From a virus (Duplodnaviria > Caudoviricetes): 64,000 nucleotides of DNA. Positions within the stretch are counted from its first letter, which is position 1; every line of letters starts with the position of its first letter. The translations under genes were made by a program, and so were the position numbers. The stretch covers positions 1 to 64,000 of IMG/VR virus record IMGVR_UViG_2524614764_000005. One strand, given 5' to 3'. A model generated the notes under the pieces. The model was not told the origin of the DNA. It saw only the letters and a program-made list of their open reading frames with translations, and made no database searches. Of the stretch, positions 8,789 to 19,700 are shown piece after piece.

Positions 8789-10150
8789 TTATACTTTACT
8801 GCCATATTGTCCTGAAATGTAAGCACGTTTACCCTCGTGAATTACTTCCCAGTAACCTTTAGGATTGTTACTACCTTTAACAGATCCAGAAATTTCAATT
8901 GTTTTACCTAATGCGATGGTGTCTAGATTCTTGGCTGAATTGCGATCAGGTTTATCCATAATAAAAGCAGCACCTGACACGCCGATAATTTTGATTTTCC
9001 CAACAGATTTAATTGATGAACTTTTAGAGCTCTGTTTTGGCTTTGAAGCGGTCTTAGCAGGAGCAGATGCTTTAACTGTGCCTGTTACTTCAACATACTT
9101 ATCTGAAGCAGTGATATAAAACGTTGCACCTTTTGAGTTTTTCACTTTATATTGGTATGCCGTACCAACTTTTACTTTTTCGACAACAGTAGGGAAGCCA
9201 ACACCTTTATTTACAGTACTGACAACATCTTTATCATCCCATGAAGCTTTAGCATAAAATCGAAGACCGTCTACTTTAGATTTTAGAGAGCCACTTGCTT
9301 TAGAAGAGTTAGACTTGGAGGGAGTAGAGGAAGAAGGAGCTTTAGATTTAGTTAGCAATTCTTTAATTTTTGCAAGAGTTGCTTTACCAGCGATTCCGTC
9401 AACAGCAAGTTTGTTCGCTTTCTGGAATGCCTTCACAGCAGCGACAGTTTCATCTCCAAAGTGAGAGTCAGCACCATATTTCGGTAATTTATAACCGAGC
9501 TTAATTAGATTAGATTGAATTTCTTTTACTTTCGTACCTTTGTCTCCAATACCATATGTTTCAACAAGTTCAAGATCATTCTTGTTAGTTGGCTTTGGAG
9601 TTGGAATAGTTACAGTTTTTCCTGTTAAAGCTTTATTAACATCGCTGACAAATTGAACCCATGCGCTAGGATTGTTAGTGTAATAACGATGACAATCTTT
9701 CCAGCCGACCACTTGATTATGAGTCCATAGGTTTTCAGATTTAAGTCTATAAGTCTTGAGAAGGGAAGCAGCTAATTCTACAGTTGTTTTATAAGTTGTA
9801 GCATCAGGTTTACCAGTCCAATCAGGATGCGTCATCTCAATACCAATGGTGCAGTTGTTAGGGTAAGAACTTAAATTTCGAAGTGCGCTTGCTGTATAAA
9901 CATTAGAACCGACATGATAGGCCAACTCACTGTTCGGCAAACATTGAATTACTTTTGTGCCTTCTACAATGTAATGTGCTGATCCAAAGCCCGATGTACC
10001 ACTCTTTCTATTGTTGAAGAAGTTACGGTTGCCTTCAGCAGATGACCCTGGATTAGCAACCCAGTGAATTACAACAGCTTTTACACCTTTCAAAGCCGTT
10101 TGAGGTCTGGAGTATTTGTTGGGAGTCAACAAACTTTGTGTAATATTCAA
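8789..10150 (-). CDS. blyA: Endolysin, N-acetylmuramoyl-L-alanine amidase (Amidase_2 + PG-binding + SH3-like)
   Basis: VIHWVAN, SAHY, IGIEM, H..V..KDC motifs; PG_binding_1 (FGDETVAAVKAFQ); probable TTG start at 10150 after GGAGG. Confidence 0.88.
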   Translation of the reverse strand: MNITQSLLTPNKYSRPQTALKGVKAVVIHWVANPGSSAEGNRNFFNNRKSGTSGFGSAHYIVEGTKVIQCLPNSELAYHVGSNVYTASALRNLSSYPNNCTIGIEMTHPDWTGKPDATTYKTTVELAASLLKTYRLKSENLWTHNQVVGWKDCHRYYTNNPSAWVQFVSDVNKALTGKTVTIPTPKPTNKNDLELVETYGIGDKGTKVKEIQSNLIKLGYKLPKYGADSHFGDETVAAVKAFQKANKLAVDGIAGKATLAKIKELLTKSKAPSSSTPSKSNSSKASGSLKSKVDGLRFYAKASWDDKDVVSTVNKGVGFPTVVEKVKVGTAYQYKVKNSKGATFYITASDKYVEVTGTVKASAPAKTASKPKQSSKSSSIKSVGKIKIIGVSGAAFIMDKPDRNSAKNLDTIALGKTIEISGSVKGSNNPKGYWEVIHEGKRAYISGQYGSKV

Positions 10151-10276
10151 ATTAAATTCCTCCAATTGATTTTTTGAGCACAAAAAGAGAGCAGGGGATA
10201 ACCCAACTCTCTCGTTCTCACACATGCTCTGTTTTTCTCTGTTATGTATTGAATATATTCCTATAAAATCATAGTT

Positions 10277-12391
10277 TTATTTCAATAATGCTGCCTTAAG
10301 TTCACGCATCTCTTGCTGCATCTTTTCGGTTTCACGTCTCATTAGAGCCATTTCTAGGAATTGACACTCATCAGCACGAATGCCCCACATGTATCCGCCT
10401 TTTACAACTTCGATTTTCTCACCGAATTCTCCAGTTTTAGTATCTACCTTGTTTACAAATTCAGAATCCCATTTGTCATAGCAAAGTAATCCGATTTCGG
10501 TTGCATCTAAGCCGTGCTTTTTAAACACTTCGTCAATTTTCTGTGCAATGACACCAATATGCCATCTTGCAGAACTTCCTTTTTCACTCACTGCATCTTT
10601 AAACTTAAATCTACAGAAATCAACTTCAGACCATGCATCCAGCCATTCATCAGGAATATCAGTAATGTTTTGCTTATATCTTTCATCAGAAGTATTAATC
10701 GTTCCATTTGAAGCATAGATGTTAGCCCATCGTCTTGAAGGCGCTCCTAATGATTGAGAAGCATCAGTGTCTGGTCGCAAGTTTGCACGAAGGTTCATAA
10801 TATTGTTTCCCATATCACCATAGATGAAAGGAGAGGCGTTGCCATCATTGCCGTAATCAATCCATAGCAATCGATCTTGGTTACTGTTAGGCATCGCTTT
10901 ATTTCCGATGATGATTGAGTTGTTGCCAGTATAGTTGATGCCAGCTTCAGTCCCTACAACAACGTTACGACTACCATTGGCACCGTTCAGAAGTGTTCTA
11001 GCACCGATAGAGACGTTTGCTTCACCGTCTGTTTTATTTTGATGAGCGTAAGTTCCAATAACGGTATTTAAAGTATGAGATGCATTCTTATTTCCGTTTG
11101 ATCTTTGTCCAGCTTGATGCCCAATGAAGATATTTCTAGTACCGAAAACATCATAACCCATAGCGTTATTGCCGATAACAATGTTCTTTTGACCAGTTTG
11201 GTTGTACTTCATTGCATTTCTACCAATACCGATATTTTCTTTACCAGCAAGGTTGTTGGCCAATGCAAATGCACCAATAGCAGTACATCTTTCGGTAGTA
11301 TAAGATCTTGCTAGAGCTTGATATCCAATTGCGGTATTATGGATACCTCTAACCAATTGAAGCAAGGCGTTACGGCCAATGCCAGTATTCCCAAGCACTT
11401 GAGATGAAGAAGTTGCTGCAGGGAATCCTCCGCCCTCGTTAACAATAACTGCACCTTGAGGAGCAGGGTATCCTGTAGGCTGAATCAGCTTTTCAACTTC
11501 TGGGTTCATCTGCTTAAGAATGTAAGAATCCGTCCCTGAAATATTCCAAATATTATTCAAATCTTTTTCATTAAGCCACAACTCATGTCTAGAAACTATC
11601 GGATCTTTAATACCTGCCCATTTTAAGGAGTTGTTACCGATAGCTGTAGTACGACTGTAATATGTTCCTTGGGCTAGTGAACTTCCACCAAGTGAAACGT
11701 TTGAGTATTGTGTTTGGTTATTCATTTGAGATAAGAAGCCAATAGCAGTATTTTGCTTGCCAGAAGTGAGGTTTCTTAAAGAATCTTCCCCTGTAGATGT
11801 GTTGCCGTAAGCGTCTAAAGTAATTTTGTATCCTGAATTTTTTCCATAGAATTCATTGAGGATAGGAAGAGGGGTAGAGGTAAGAGGGAACAGCCGTTGA
11901 TCTCTTTTTTGACTTGGAGGAGCAGTAGCATTAAAAGCTTCTCTTTCTTTGACAATAAGGAATGCGCCGTTACCGAAGTAATTGCCTTTCAAATCAGCTT
12001 GATCAGCTAAATAAGTGCCTGGCGGAACAAAGATCGGATACTCATTATTAGATAGTGCTTCTGAAGCAAGGAATGCAGGCGTGTCATCTGTTTCACCATC
12101 TCCAACTGCACCAAGCCATTTAACGTTTATTCCACGTTGGTTTAATTCTTTTTTTATTGTATCTACAATGCTTCCAGTATCTCCTGCAAGCTCACCAATG
12201 TCTCCGATTAAATCAGCCATTTCTTTCAACTTGTCAGTAGTTGTTGTAGACAGGTTTGTTACTGAATCTAGAATTCCATCAAATTTAGCTTTAATTTCAG
12301 GTGCAGTATATCCAACACCGTCAGATTTCAGCAATTCAATGGCCATTGGTACATATTCACCAGTAACAGGATGTGGCATTCTAAAACCCAT
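10277..12391 (-). CDS. yomE: Tail spike with beta-helix repeats and C-terminal Peptidase_S74 intramolecular chaperone
   Basis: NVKWLGAVGDGETDDT, repeated NTAIG units, TSDERYK cleavage motif, GVIAQ. Confidence 0.8.
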   Translation of the reverse strand: MGFRMPHPVTGEYVPMAIELLKSDGVGYTAPEIKAKFDGILDSVTNLSTTTTDKLKEMADLIGDIGELAGDTGSIVDTIKKELNQRGINVKWLGAVGDGETDDTPAFLASEALSNNEYPIFVPPGTYLADQADLKGNYFGNGAFLIVKEREAFNATAPPSQKRDQRLFPLTSTPLPILNEFYGKNSGYKITLDAYGNTSTGEDSLRNLTSGKQNTAIGFLSQMNNQTQYSNVSLGGSSLAQGTYYSRTTAIGNNSLKWAGIKDPIVSRHELWLNEKDLNNIWNISGTDSYILKQMNPEVEKLIQPTGYPAPQGAVIVNEGGGFPAATSSSQVLGNTGIGRNALLQLVRGIHNTAIGYQALARSYTTERCTAIGAFALANNLAGKENIGIGRNAMKYNQTGQKNIVIGNNAMGYDVFGTRNIFIGHQAGQRSNGNKNASHTLNTVIGTYAHQNKTDGEANVSIGARTLLNGANGSRNVVVGTEAGINYTGNNSIIIGNKAMPNSNQDRLLWIDYGNDGNASPFIYGDMGNNIMNLRANLRPDTDASQSLGAPSRRWANIYASNGTINTSDERYKQNITDIPDEWLDAWSEVDFCRFKFKDAVSEKGSSARWHIGVIAQKIDEVFKKHGLDATEIGLLCYDKWDSEFVNKVDTKTGEFGEKIEVVKGGYMWGIRADECQFLEMALMRRETEKMQQEMRELKAALLK

Positions 12392-12415
12392 TAATTAATT
12401 CCTCCTTTATGTGTA

Positions 12416-13234
12416 TCAATCAGGCTTATACCATATCTGGCCTGTTTCTGGAGCTGCGTTGGAAATAACAACTCTTTTCTTGGTAGGACTTAAACTCTCA
12501 TCTTGATACCAAATATAATTTAAACTGTGTGGCTCATAAGCGCTCAAAAGAATATTGAATCCTTCATATACTTCTGAAACACCTATATCAACCCATTCGA
12601 ATCCATCCCATCGATAAACTGTTTTTATATTCTTAACAGCAACAGTCCAACCAACTTGAGGGTTTGGATATTCAATAATTAAATCTGAGTAGTTATTGAC
12701 GGACGGGTAGTATTTTTTCTTTGTTTCTTCAACGACACGTTCATATTGCGAGGTGATTTGACGGCACCAAGCAGTTATTTCTAAACATCGTTTGATGACC
12801 CGTTCGCATTCTAAGATTCTCTCATTCATACGAATAATACAATCTTCAGCTTCATCAATTAGACCTTGAAGTGTCTCAACTACTGTATTACCTGACCGTC
12901 TAACCCAAATACGTGCTGCAGGGAAGAAGTGGGCACCTTCGCCAACGTATTTTACCTGTAATTCTCTTCCTTCGTTAGAGGCATTAAAAAAGACAACTCC
13001 CATCATGTAATCAACACGATAACAGTCATCTTCTAATTCACCATCTTCAATTTCTTTCCACTCAGTATTTCCGCCACTTACCACAACTCTATTTTCACGA
13101 TTAGGATTTTCAGTTAACAATATCCGCCCATTTAAAATAGAATGGGTTTCATCATAGCTCATATAAGGATCATCGTAAGTGTTTTTTCGTTTGTTGTATA
13201 AGATTGGATCGTTATAAAGTTTTGGGAAATCCAT
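12416..13234 (-). CDS. yomF: Tail/baseplate protein YomF-like
   Basis: Synteny and recalled similarity to SPbeta YomF. Confidence 0.75.
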   Translation of the reverse strand: MDFPKLYNDPILYNKRKNTYDDPYMSYDETHSILNGRILLTENPNRENRVVVSGGNTEWKEIEDGELEDDCYRVDYMMGVVFFNASNEGRELQVKYVGEGAHFFPAARIWVRRSGNTVVETLQGLIDEAEDCIIRMNERILECERVIKRCLEITAWCRQITSQYERVVEETKKKYYPSVNNYSDLIIEYPNPQVGWTVAVKNIKTVYRWDGFEWVDIGVSEVYEGFNILLSAYEPHSLNYIWYQDESLSPTKKRVVISNAAPETGQIWYKPD

Positions 13235-13251
13235 ATAGAATCACTCCTTTC

Positions 13252-15942
13252 CTATAGATTTCTATATGCTTCGAAGAAGTATGTGACTCCTTGTTTGTTG
13301 CCTTTAAAAGTTGAATCAGAACCAGTAATAAACCCCATATTTGCAAGTCGTCCGTTTGTATTATCGGGAAGGTTGTTTATTCCTTTAAAATAGATATTTG
13401 ATTCGAATATTTCCTCCACATAGCCTCCACTAGTGCTCACAATAGCTAACGCAGGATCGCTTTGAACTGTTGATTTAATCTTAACCAAGGAAGGGGAAAA
13501 GGGAAGGGAGACTGTTCTGTTTTGAGTCCCATTGCCGATATAAGTACCTGCGAAATTTAATTGCTGAAGATTAGACAGTTTAATCTTTCCGTTTGCATCT
13601 AATGCTGCAATTCCATTTGGTGCATCCTTATCTGTGTTTAGAATAAAATCTTGGTCTGTATACTCACCTAATTTAGATGCGCTACCCGAAATAGATGCTG
13701 AAATCACACCGTTGTCGTCTCTTACAGGAATAGTGTTTGGTTCTTCATGTAAAGCAGGAGTGATCCCATTTAAAGAGTCTGCACTACCTGCAGTCTGGAC
13801 AATCCATTGTTCACCATCATATAGTTCAGATTTATTGTTTGCTGGGTCAATCCAAATGGTACCTACATCTGGATTTGAGGGCTTTTCACTTGTAGAAATC
13901 TGATACAATCCATTTACTTTTCCTTTGACCTCAACGGTACTGGAAGGTCTATAAGGATTCTCACTTGGCGTTTGCGGTTGAACAATGTCTGATAACAAAA
14001 CACCATTGGAACTAATTGAGGTTTCAACATTTCTGTAGGACTGTACTCCAAAAGTGAAATATTTTGTTGGAACTTGTGAAGTAAAGGTAGCTATTCGCTT
14101 ATCATATCTAACTGAAATTCGTTGCTCCTTTGCTAACGAAGCACCAAACAAGTAGGTATCTGAAGATGTGTCAGGATAACAATGTACGACAAAGCCGTCA
14201 ATGTTGTATTTATCTTCATCAGTGGTTGGATAATTCCAAGAGACCGAAATATCTACAGAACCATTTTCATTTACTTTGTGTGATACGGATTTCAATCCGA
14301 TTGTAGGAGGAGAAGGAGGAATTGAAATGCGATCATTACGTGCATTGTAATTTGTGGCAAGCGTATCATAATCGATTTTCCGAGTGTTGAATTCAGTAGA
14401 TGCTTTATCAACTCTATAAAGCAATTGGATAAAGTCATCGTCTTTTTTAGTTTTTTTTCCATTTGAGACTGCTACAGAAATAGATGCATCATCAAAATTT
14501 AAGCTCATACCAGTTAAGGTTGCTTTATATTCAGTTGCAAATTGCTTATTTTGCACTCTAACAATATCACCTAAAGAAACTCTGTCCCAATACTCCTTTT
14601 CACTTAGAGCATTATAAAAATTGACTATATTTGTTTTGATGTCGATAGGAGGGGATTTACGCTTATCTAACTCTTCATAACTCTTTTCGTACAATTCCGT
14701 TTCATCGAAGATATTTTCATTAGTCCATTCATCTTCGTGAATAAATTTAGACAGTTCAATTGACAGTTTTTCACCTAAATAACTATCCATATCTAGCTTG
14801 TTTCTAAGTTGTTGAATCTGGTCACTTATCGCAGAAAGTTCTGAATTACTCTGATCAATCTCAGCTTTTTTTGCGTCTACCTCTTTTATCTTTGCATCCC
14901 TTTGTTTAATTAAATCCTTGGTATCACCATTAGTTTCTTTGACAACTTCGATTCGATCTAGGATTTGTTGTAATTCTAAGCTTTTCAGTATAAATAGTTC
15001 ATTTTCTTGAGTTGTTTTGTTGGCTTCTATTTGTTTTTTTTCATTCAACAAAGCTTTAAATGCTCCAGATTCCTTGTTTACCATCTCATTGTAATCTAAC
15101 AAAGCATGACACAATTCATTGCTCATGTAGTCACTTTTTTTTACTACATTCCTGTTTTCATCACGTTGAAATGGGTTTAAAAAGAAGCTGAAGTCATCCA
15201 AGTAACCTTGACCTGTCGGATTTACTGAATTGATAACAATGCCGTCTTTTCCGGTTACATGAAGCCTAGTCACGACATCATCCATGCTTCTAGTATCTGT
15301 CATATCAATCATAAAGTTATGAGATGAAATCTTAACACCTTTGTATTTAGATACACTGTCCTTTTCGAAGAAGGATATTTTATTATTGATAGTGTCAAAC
15401 ACAGGCACAGCGTCAAATGTTTCACAAATATTCCTTAGAAAATCAAACCTTGATGTAATTGATCCAATGGAGAATGATCGTCTTTTTTCATTAAGTGTAC
15501 TTTCAATTTCTCCAACAGCCCAACCAGTTCCCTTAAGACAAACCTCACCGATTTCTTGGAGGTTCTTTGATATACCTTCATATTGCCTGATTTTTGGCTT
15601 GTTTAGCATGTAAGGAGAGAGTTGGCAGCTTACCTGAATTTCTTCTTTTTCTGATGTGCTATTTTTAGTAATACTGTCAATCACATAATATTCAGTTCGG
15701 TTAAAAAAAGTAGCCTTAATCAAATACCACTGTTTAATAAGTTGCGCTATGTGATTGGTCTTTATTTTATCACCATATCTAGCTTTAAGAGGTATGCTAA
15801 AACTCAAATCATTAATGGCTGCGTGATTTAGGTTGACTGATGCGCTATTAAAATCAACAATATTTGCGATTTTCTTTTTGTTCGTCTTACATAGCTCTAA
15901 TTTAAGCTTACCTGGCTTAAAAGTGAATTCTCCTAAATTCAT
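13252..15942 (-). CDS. yomG: Tail tip (Tal/phage tail endopeptidase-like) protein
   Basis: VVTRLHVTGKDG and LGDIVRV motifs; follows Dit. Confidence 0.8.
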   Translation of the reverse strand: MNLGEFTFKPGKLKLELCKTNKKKIANIVDFNSASVNLNHAAINDLSFSIPLKARYGDKIKTNHIAQLIKQWYLIKATFFNRTEYYVIDSITKNSTSEKEEIQVSCQLSPYMLNKPKIRQYEGISKNLQEIGEVCLKGTGWAVGEIESTLNEKRRSFSIGSITSRFDFLRNICETFDAVPVFDTINNKISFFEKDSVSKYKGVKISSHNFMIDMTDTRSMDDVVTRLHVTGKDGIVINSVNPTGQGYLDDFSFFLNPFQRDENRNVVKKSDYMSNELCHALLDYNEMVNKESGAFKALLNEKKQIEANKTTQENELFILKSLELQQILDRIEVVKETNGDTKDLIKQRDAKIKEVDAKKAEIDQSNSELSAISDQIQQLRNKLDMDSYLGEKLSIELSKFIHEDEWTNENIFDETELYEKSYEELDKRKSPPIDIKTNIVNFYNALSEKEYWDRVSLGDIVRVQNKQFATEYKATLTGMSLNFDDASISVAVSNGKKTKKDDDFIQLLYRVDKASTEFNTRKIDYDTLATNYNARNDRISIPPSPPTIGLKSVSHKVNENGSVDISVSWNYPTTDEDKYNIDGFVVHCYPDTSSDTYLFGASLAKEQRISVRYDKRIATFTSQVPTKYFTFGVQSYRNVETSISSNGVLLSDIVQPQTPSENPYRPSSTVEVKGKVNGLYQISTSEKPSNPDVGTIWIDPANNKSELYDGEQWIVQTAGSADSLNGITPALHEEPNTIPVRDDNGVISASISGSASKLGEYTDQDFILNTDKDAPNGIAALDANGKIKLSNLQQLNFAGTYIGNGTQNRTVSLPFSPSLVKIKSTVQSDPALAIVSTSGGYVEEIFESNIYFKGINNLPDNTNGRLANMGFITGSDSTFKGNKQGVTYFFEAYRNL

Positions 15943-15952
15943 AGCAACCTCC

Positions 15953-16744
15953 TTAATAATATTTGAATCGATAGCTAAATCTTATCAAGCAAGAACCCTC
16001 AATTTTGATTCTATTTTGACCTTCACCAAGAATCACATAGCTTTCGTTTGATTGCTCGTAACATTCGTAGCCCGTCACACTAGATTCCATTAGCTCTTTT
16101 ACCGAGTCTATTTGTAGTACTTCTTTATCTTTTAAATTATCAATTGTGAAAGGAGTTCGATACATACTAAGATTCGTGATTTTTAAATTCCCATCACCTA
16201 TTTTTTGAATCTCCATTGAGAGAGGGACATCTAAGTCTCCCTTATTGTCAAAAGTGATAATGTTATCAACTTTATTTGAAGGGTTTATCCAAGGTGTTGA
16301 GATTTTTGTGCTGAATTTAAAAGGGAGGACTTTCATAGTCAATCTTATATAACCGTCTTCAGAACAGTTATGTACTAAGTCCATAGCATTCAATGGAATT
16401 GCGTAGTAAACGATATCTAAATTCGAGCTGAAGGAGAGGGGAGAGTAGTCAGACACACTTAGCCATCTTGCAATTTCTCTTAGTTTCTTTTGCGTTAGAT
16501 TTCTATTTTTATAAAATCCTTCACGAATGTTCTGATCAACATAAAAGTTCAAAGGCATCTCAAAAGGTTCATAAACAATACTATCAACAATAGGATCAGG
16601 TCTATCTTTAAGAAACGTTTCGTTAATTGTCTTTCCCGCTAAAAAGTTCTCTTCTTGTAGGCCACCATCAGTATTAACATTAACAACACCCATATCAATA
16701 GATCTTATATGATTAAATAAAAAATATTGGCTTTCTTTTATCAT
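15953..16744 (-). CDS. yomH: Distal tail protein (Dit)
   Basis: Position after tape measure; NKGD...GQNRIKI Dit-like motifs. Confidence 0.8.
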   Translation of the reverse strand: MIKESQYFLFNHIRSIDMGVVNVNTDGGLQEENFLAGKTINETFLKDRPDPIVDSIVYEPFEMPLNFYVDQNIREGFYKNRNLTQKKLREIARWLSVSDYSPLSFSSNLDIVYYAIPLNAMDLVHNCSEDGYIRLTMKVLPFKFSTKISTPWINPSNKVDNIITFDNKGDLDVPLSMEIQKIGDGNLKITNLSMYRTPFTIDNLKDKEVLQIDSVKELMESSVTGYECYEQSNESYVILGEGQNRIKIEGSCLIRFSYRFKYY

Positions 16745-16789
16745 TTAAAATCTCCTTAGTTAAAAGGAAAAGAGCCTGATTTCAGACTC

Positions 16790-19700
16790 TTATACCTTAC
16801 CTTTCATTTGCTTTAATCCTCTTCTGATGTTTTCCATTACACTGTTTGCGCCATTCTCATCACCAACCATTTTATCAATCTGCAAGGTTAGATTGTAAAC
16901 ATCGCCCTGATCATTCGACACAGTAGACATAACTGTAGACTGAGGAGCTTTTGTAAGTTTTGTGATCGCACTAGGAATAATGCTAATAGCTGACGCAGCG
17001 CTTTTCACAATATTCGCTCCTGCTAATTTAACTGCTTCAGTTGGCACACTAGTTAAAGCGGAGCTCAGTTTTTGTCCAGAACCCCATTTCGGGGTAAATG
17101 GCACATCATTTTGACTGATGTCTCTAACAGTTTCGACAGCTTTAAGCATATTTTCAGTGTCAGTCTTGTTAAGAACTAGCTCTTTATCATGGAGTACAGC
17201 TAATTTACCACTACCTAAGCCAGTACCAGTGTAACCACCAGTGTCAAAAGCGGCTACCTTTTTACCTGTTGTATTTCCCTTAACGACAACACCAAGAGCA
17301 TTTGAAGCCTCTTTAAGCTTATCGATCAAATTGTTAGAGATAGACTTGCCGATTGACTCCATATTTGAATTGATGAATTTAGTGAACTCAGAAAGCTGTT
17401 TATTGATATCACTAATCTTACCGTTCATCAATTTTCCTTCTAAATCCTTGAACCCACGCTCATCGTTTACAAGATCATCATATTTTGTGTTGATTGATTT
17501 CTCATCTTTTTCAAGTTGATCTTGTAGCGCTTCTTTACGCTTTGAGTTTTCCCGATCTTTCAGAAATTGATCTAAATCAAGCTGTTCTTTTTGCATCTGT
17601 TCGGTAAGCTCTTTAACCTTTGACTTACCAAACTCTGAATCATCTAATGCGTATTGATTTATCTGATCTAGAAGCTTTTGAATGCTTTCCTGACGATCTT
17701 TTAAATCTTTTTGGAACTTAGCTTCATCGTCTTCCTTGTCAATGCCATCAATGATATCTTGAGTAGCTTTACGATGAGCTTCAAGCTCAATATCGCGCAT
17801 CTTTTCGTACATCTCTTTATAAATGGAGACAACTTCATCAGCAAGCGACTTATAAATATCCTTAATACTTTTCTTGGTCTGATAAAGCTCAAGATTGAAA
17901 TCTTTTTGCTTATCTTTCCAAGATGAGATTTCATCCGATATTTGCTTTTGGATTTCAGGGAAACCCTTAGCTGCTTTCTTTTGTTTCTCTAAATCTTTTA
18001 TGTACTTTGCAGCTTCTTTTTGCTGTTGCTGAATCAGCTTGATTTGCTGACTATAGTACTTAACTTTATCTTTGTCTTCTTCGGTTGTCTGGATCTTGAT
18101 ATCGACGTTCTTAAGCTTTGATTCAGTCTTTTTGACTGACTTATCAATGTTATTAAGAATTTGATCGGTTTTAGATTGAACAATAGTAGCCTGCAACTCA
18201 TAAACCTGATCTTTGATGCTGATGAGGTCAAGTTTAGCTTGCTTTAATTCTTCACGTAATTGATCACGCTGAGCAGCATTCAATTGCTTATTTTGCTTTA
18301 GCTCTTTGTTTATCCAACTAACCTTTTGAGTTTGTATCGTTTGTTGCGCTTCAACTGCTTTACGTTGCTCATTTGTATATTTTCTAAACTGAGCACTATC
18401 GTTGAGATAGCGACTGGCTTTAGATTGGTTTTGAGCAACTTTCAACTCTAAATCAGACTTGCGTTTTTCAAATTCATCAAGTTTTGACTGAACGATTTCA
18501 TATTGTAGGTCTTGAATTTGGTCTTTGACAGAAGATAGATCACCTTCAAGTCCCAATAAATCTGATTTAGCTTGTGAAATAGCTTGTTGACGTTCAGCTT
18601 CAGAGCTAGACAAATCTGAGCCGATTTGTTGCATATATGCTTCTGGATCAATCGCTTTACCGTTTTTCTCAATCTGCATATGCAGATGAGTACCGGTAGA
18701 ACGACCAGTGCTTCCCATTTTGCCGAGAGTTTGACCAGCTTGAACCTTTTGGCCAGCCTTAACATTGAGACCTTTTTGCATATGCATATACTTTGCTACG
18801 GTGCCGTCATCTTGTTGAACAACTACCCAATAACCAGCAGATTTAGAGTATGCAGCAGTGAGGACTTTGCCCGATTTAAGGGACTTGATAGGAGTACCAG
18901 ATTTAGCAGCTAAGTCTAAACCTTTATGAGGAGCAGAGCGTAAACCTTTTTCTTGCTGACCGAAATGAGATGTTCTTCTCATGGAATCGTAATAACCAGC
19001 AGCCGATCCACCACTAGAGGATAGTGAACCACCCATTTGTTTAAAGTAGTTGTTTACTTTCTTAACGTAATTCTGCGTTTCCTTAAACGGAGGGATACCA
19101 CCATATTTAGTTACATTACCAGGCCCCGCATTGTATGCAGCTAAAGCTTTTTCAATCGAACCAAACTTATCAAGCATTTGCTTAAGATACTTGGTACCGC
19201 CCATTACGTTTTGATAAGGATCCCTAGAATTCTTAACTCCTAGACCTCTTGCTGTAGCAGGCATAAGTTGCATTAAACCAGTTGCTCCAACCGATGAACG
19301 AGCATTAGGGTTAAAGTTAGATTCTTGCTTAATAACCGCAGCAATTAACGCAGCTGGAACATTGTATTTCGATGCAGCTTGATTAATAATGTTTGAGTAT
19401 TTCCCTGAGTAAGTACCACCTGAAGCAGAATATGAAGAGCTAGAAGGGGAATAGGATGAAGAAGAATCAACTATGCCCGTTTGAGCAATGTATCCAGATT
19501 TAATTTGTTCTTTAAGTAGCTTAATCTGACTCTTAAGAAGTTTTTCTTTTCTTTCTAACGCCTTTATTTCCTTCTTAATTGAATCACGATATTTCTGACT
19601 CCATTTAGGGTAGTCGTTGGTCTTTCTATTTTGCTCTTCAATTTGTTTATTAACTCGCTCTAATGCTTCTTTATATTTGTCTGCAACGTAAATTGAATTT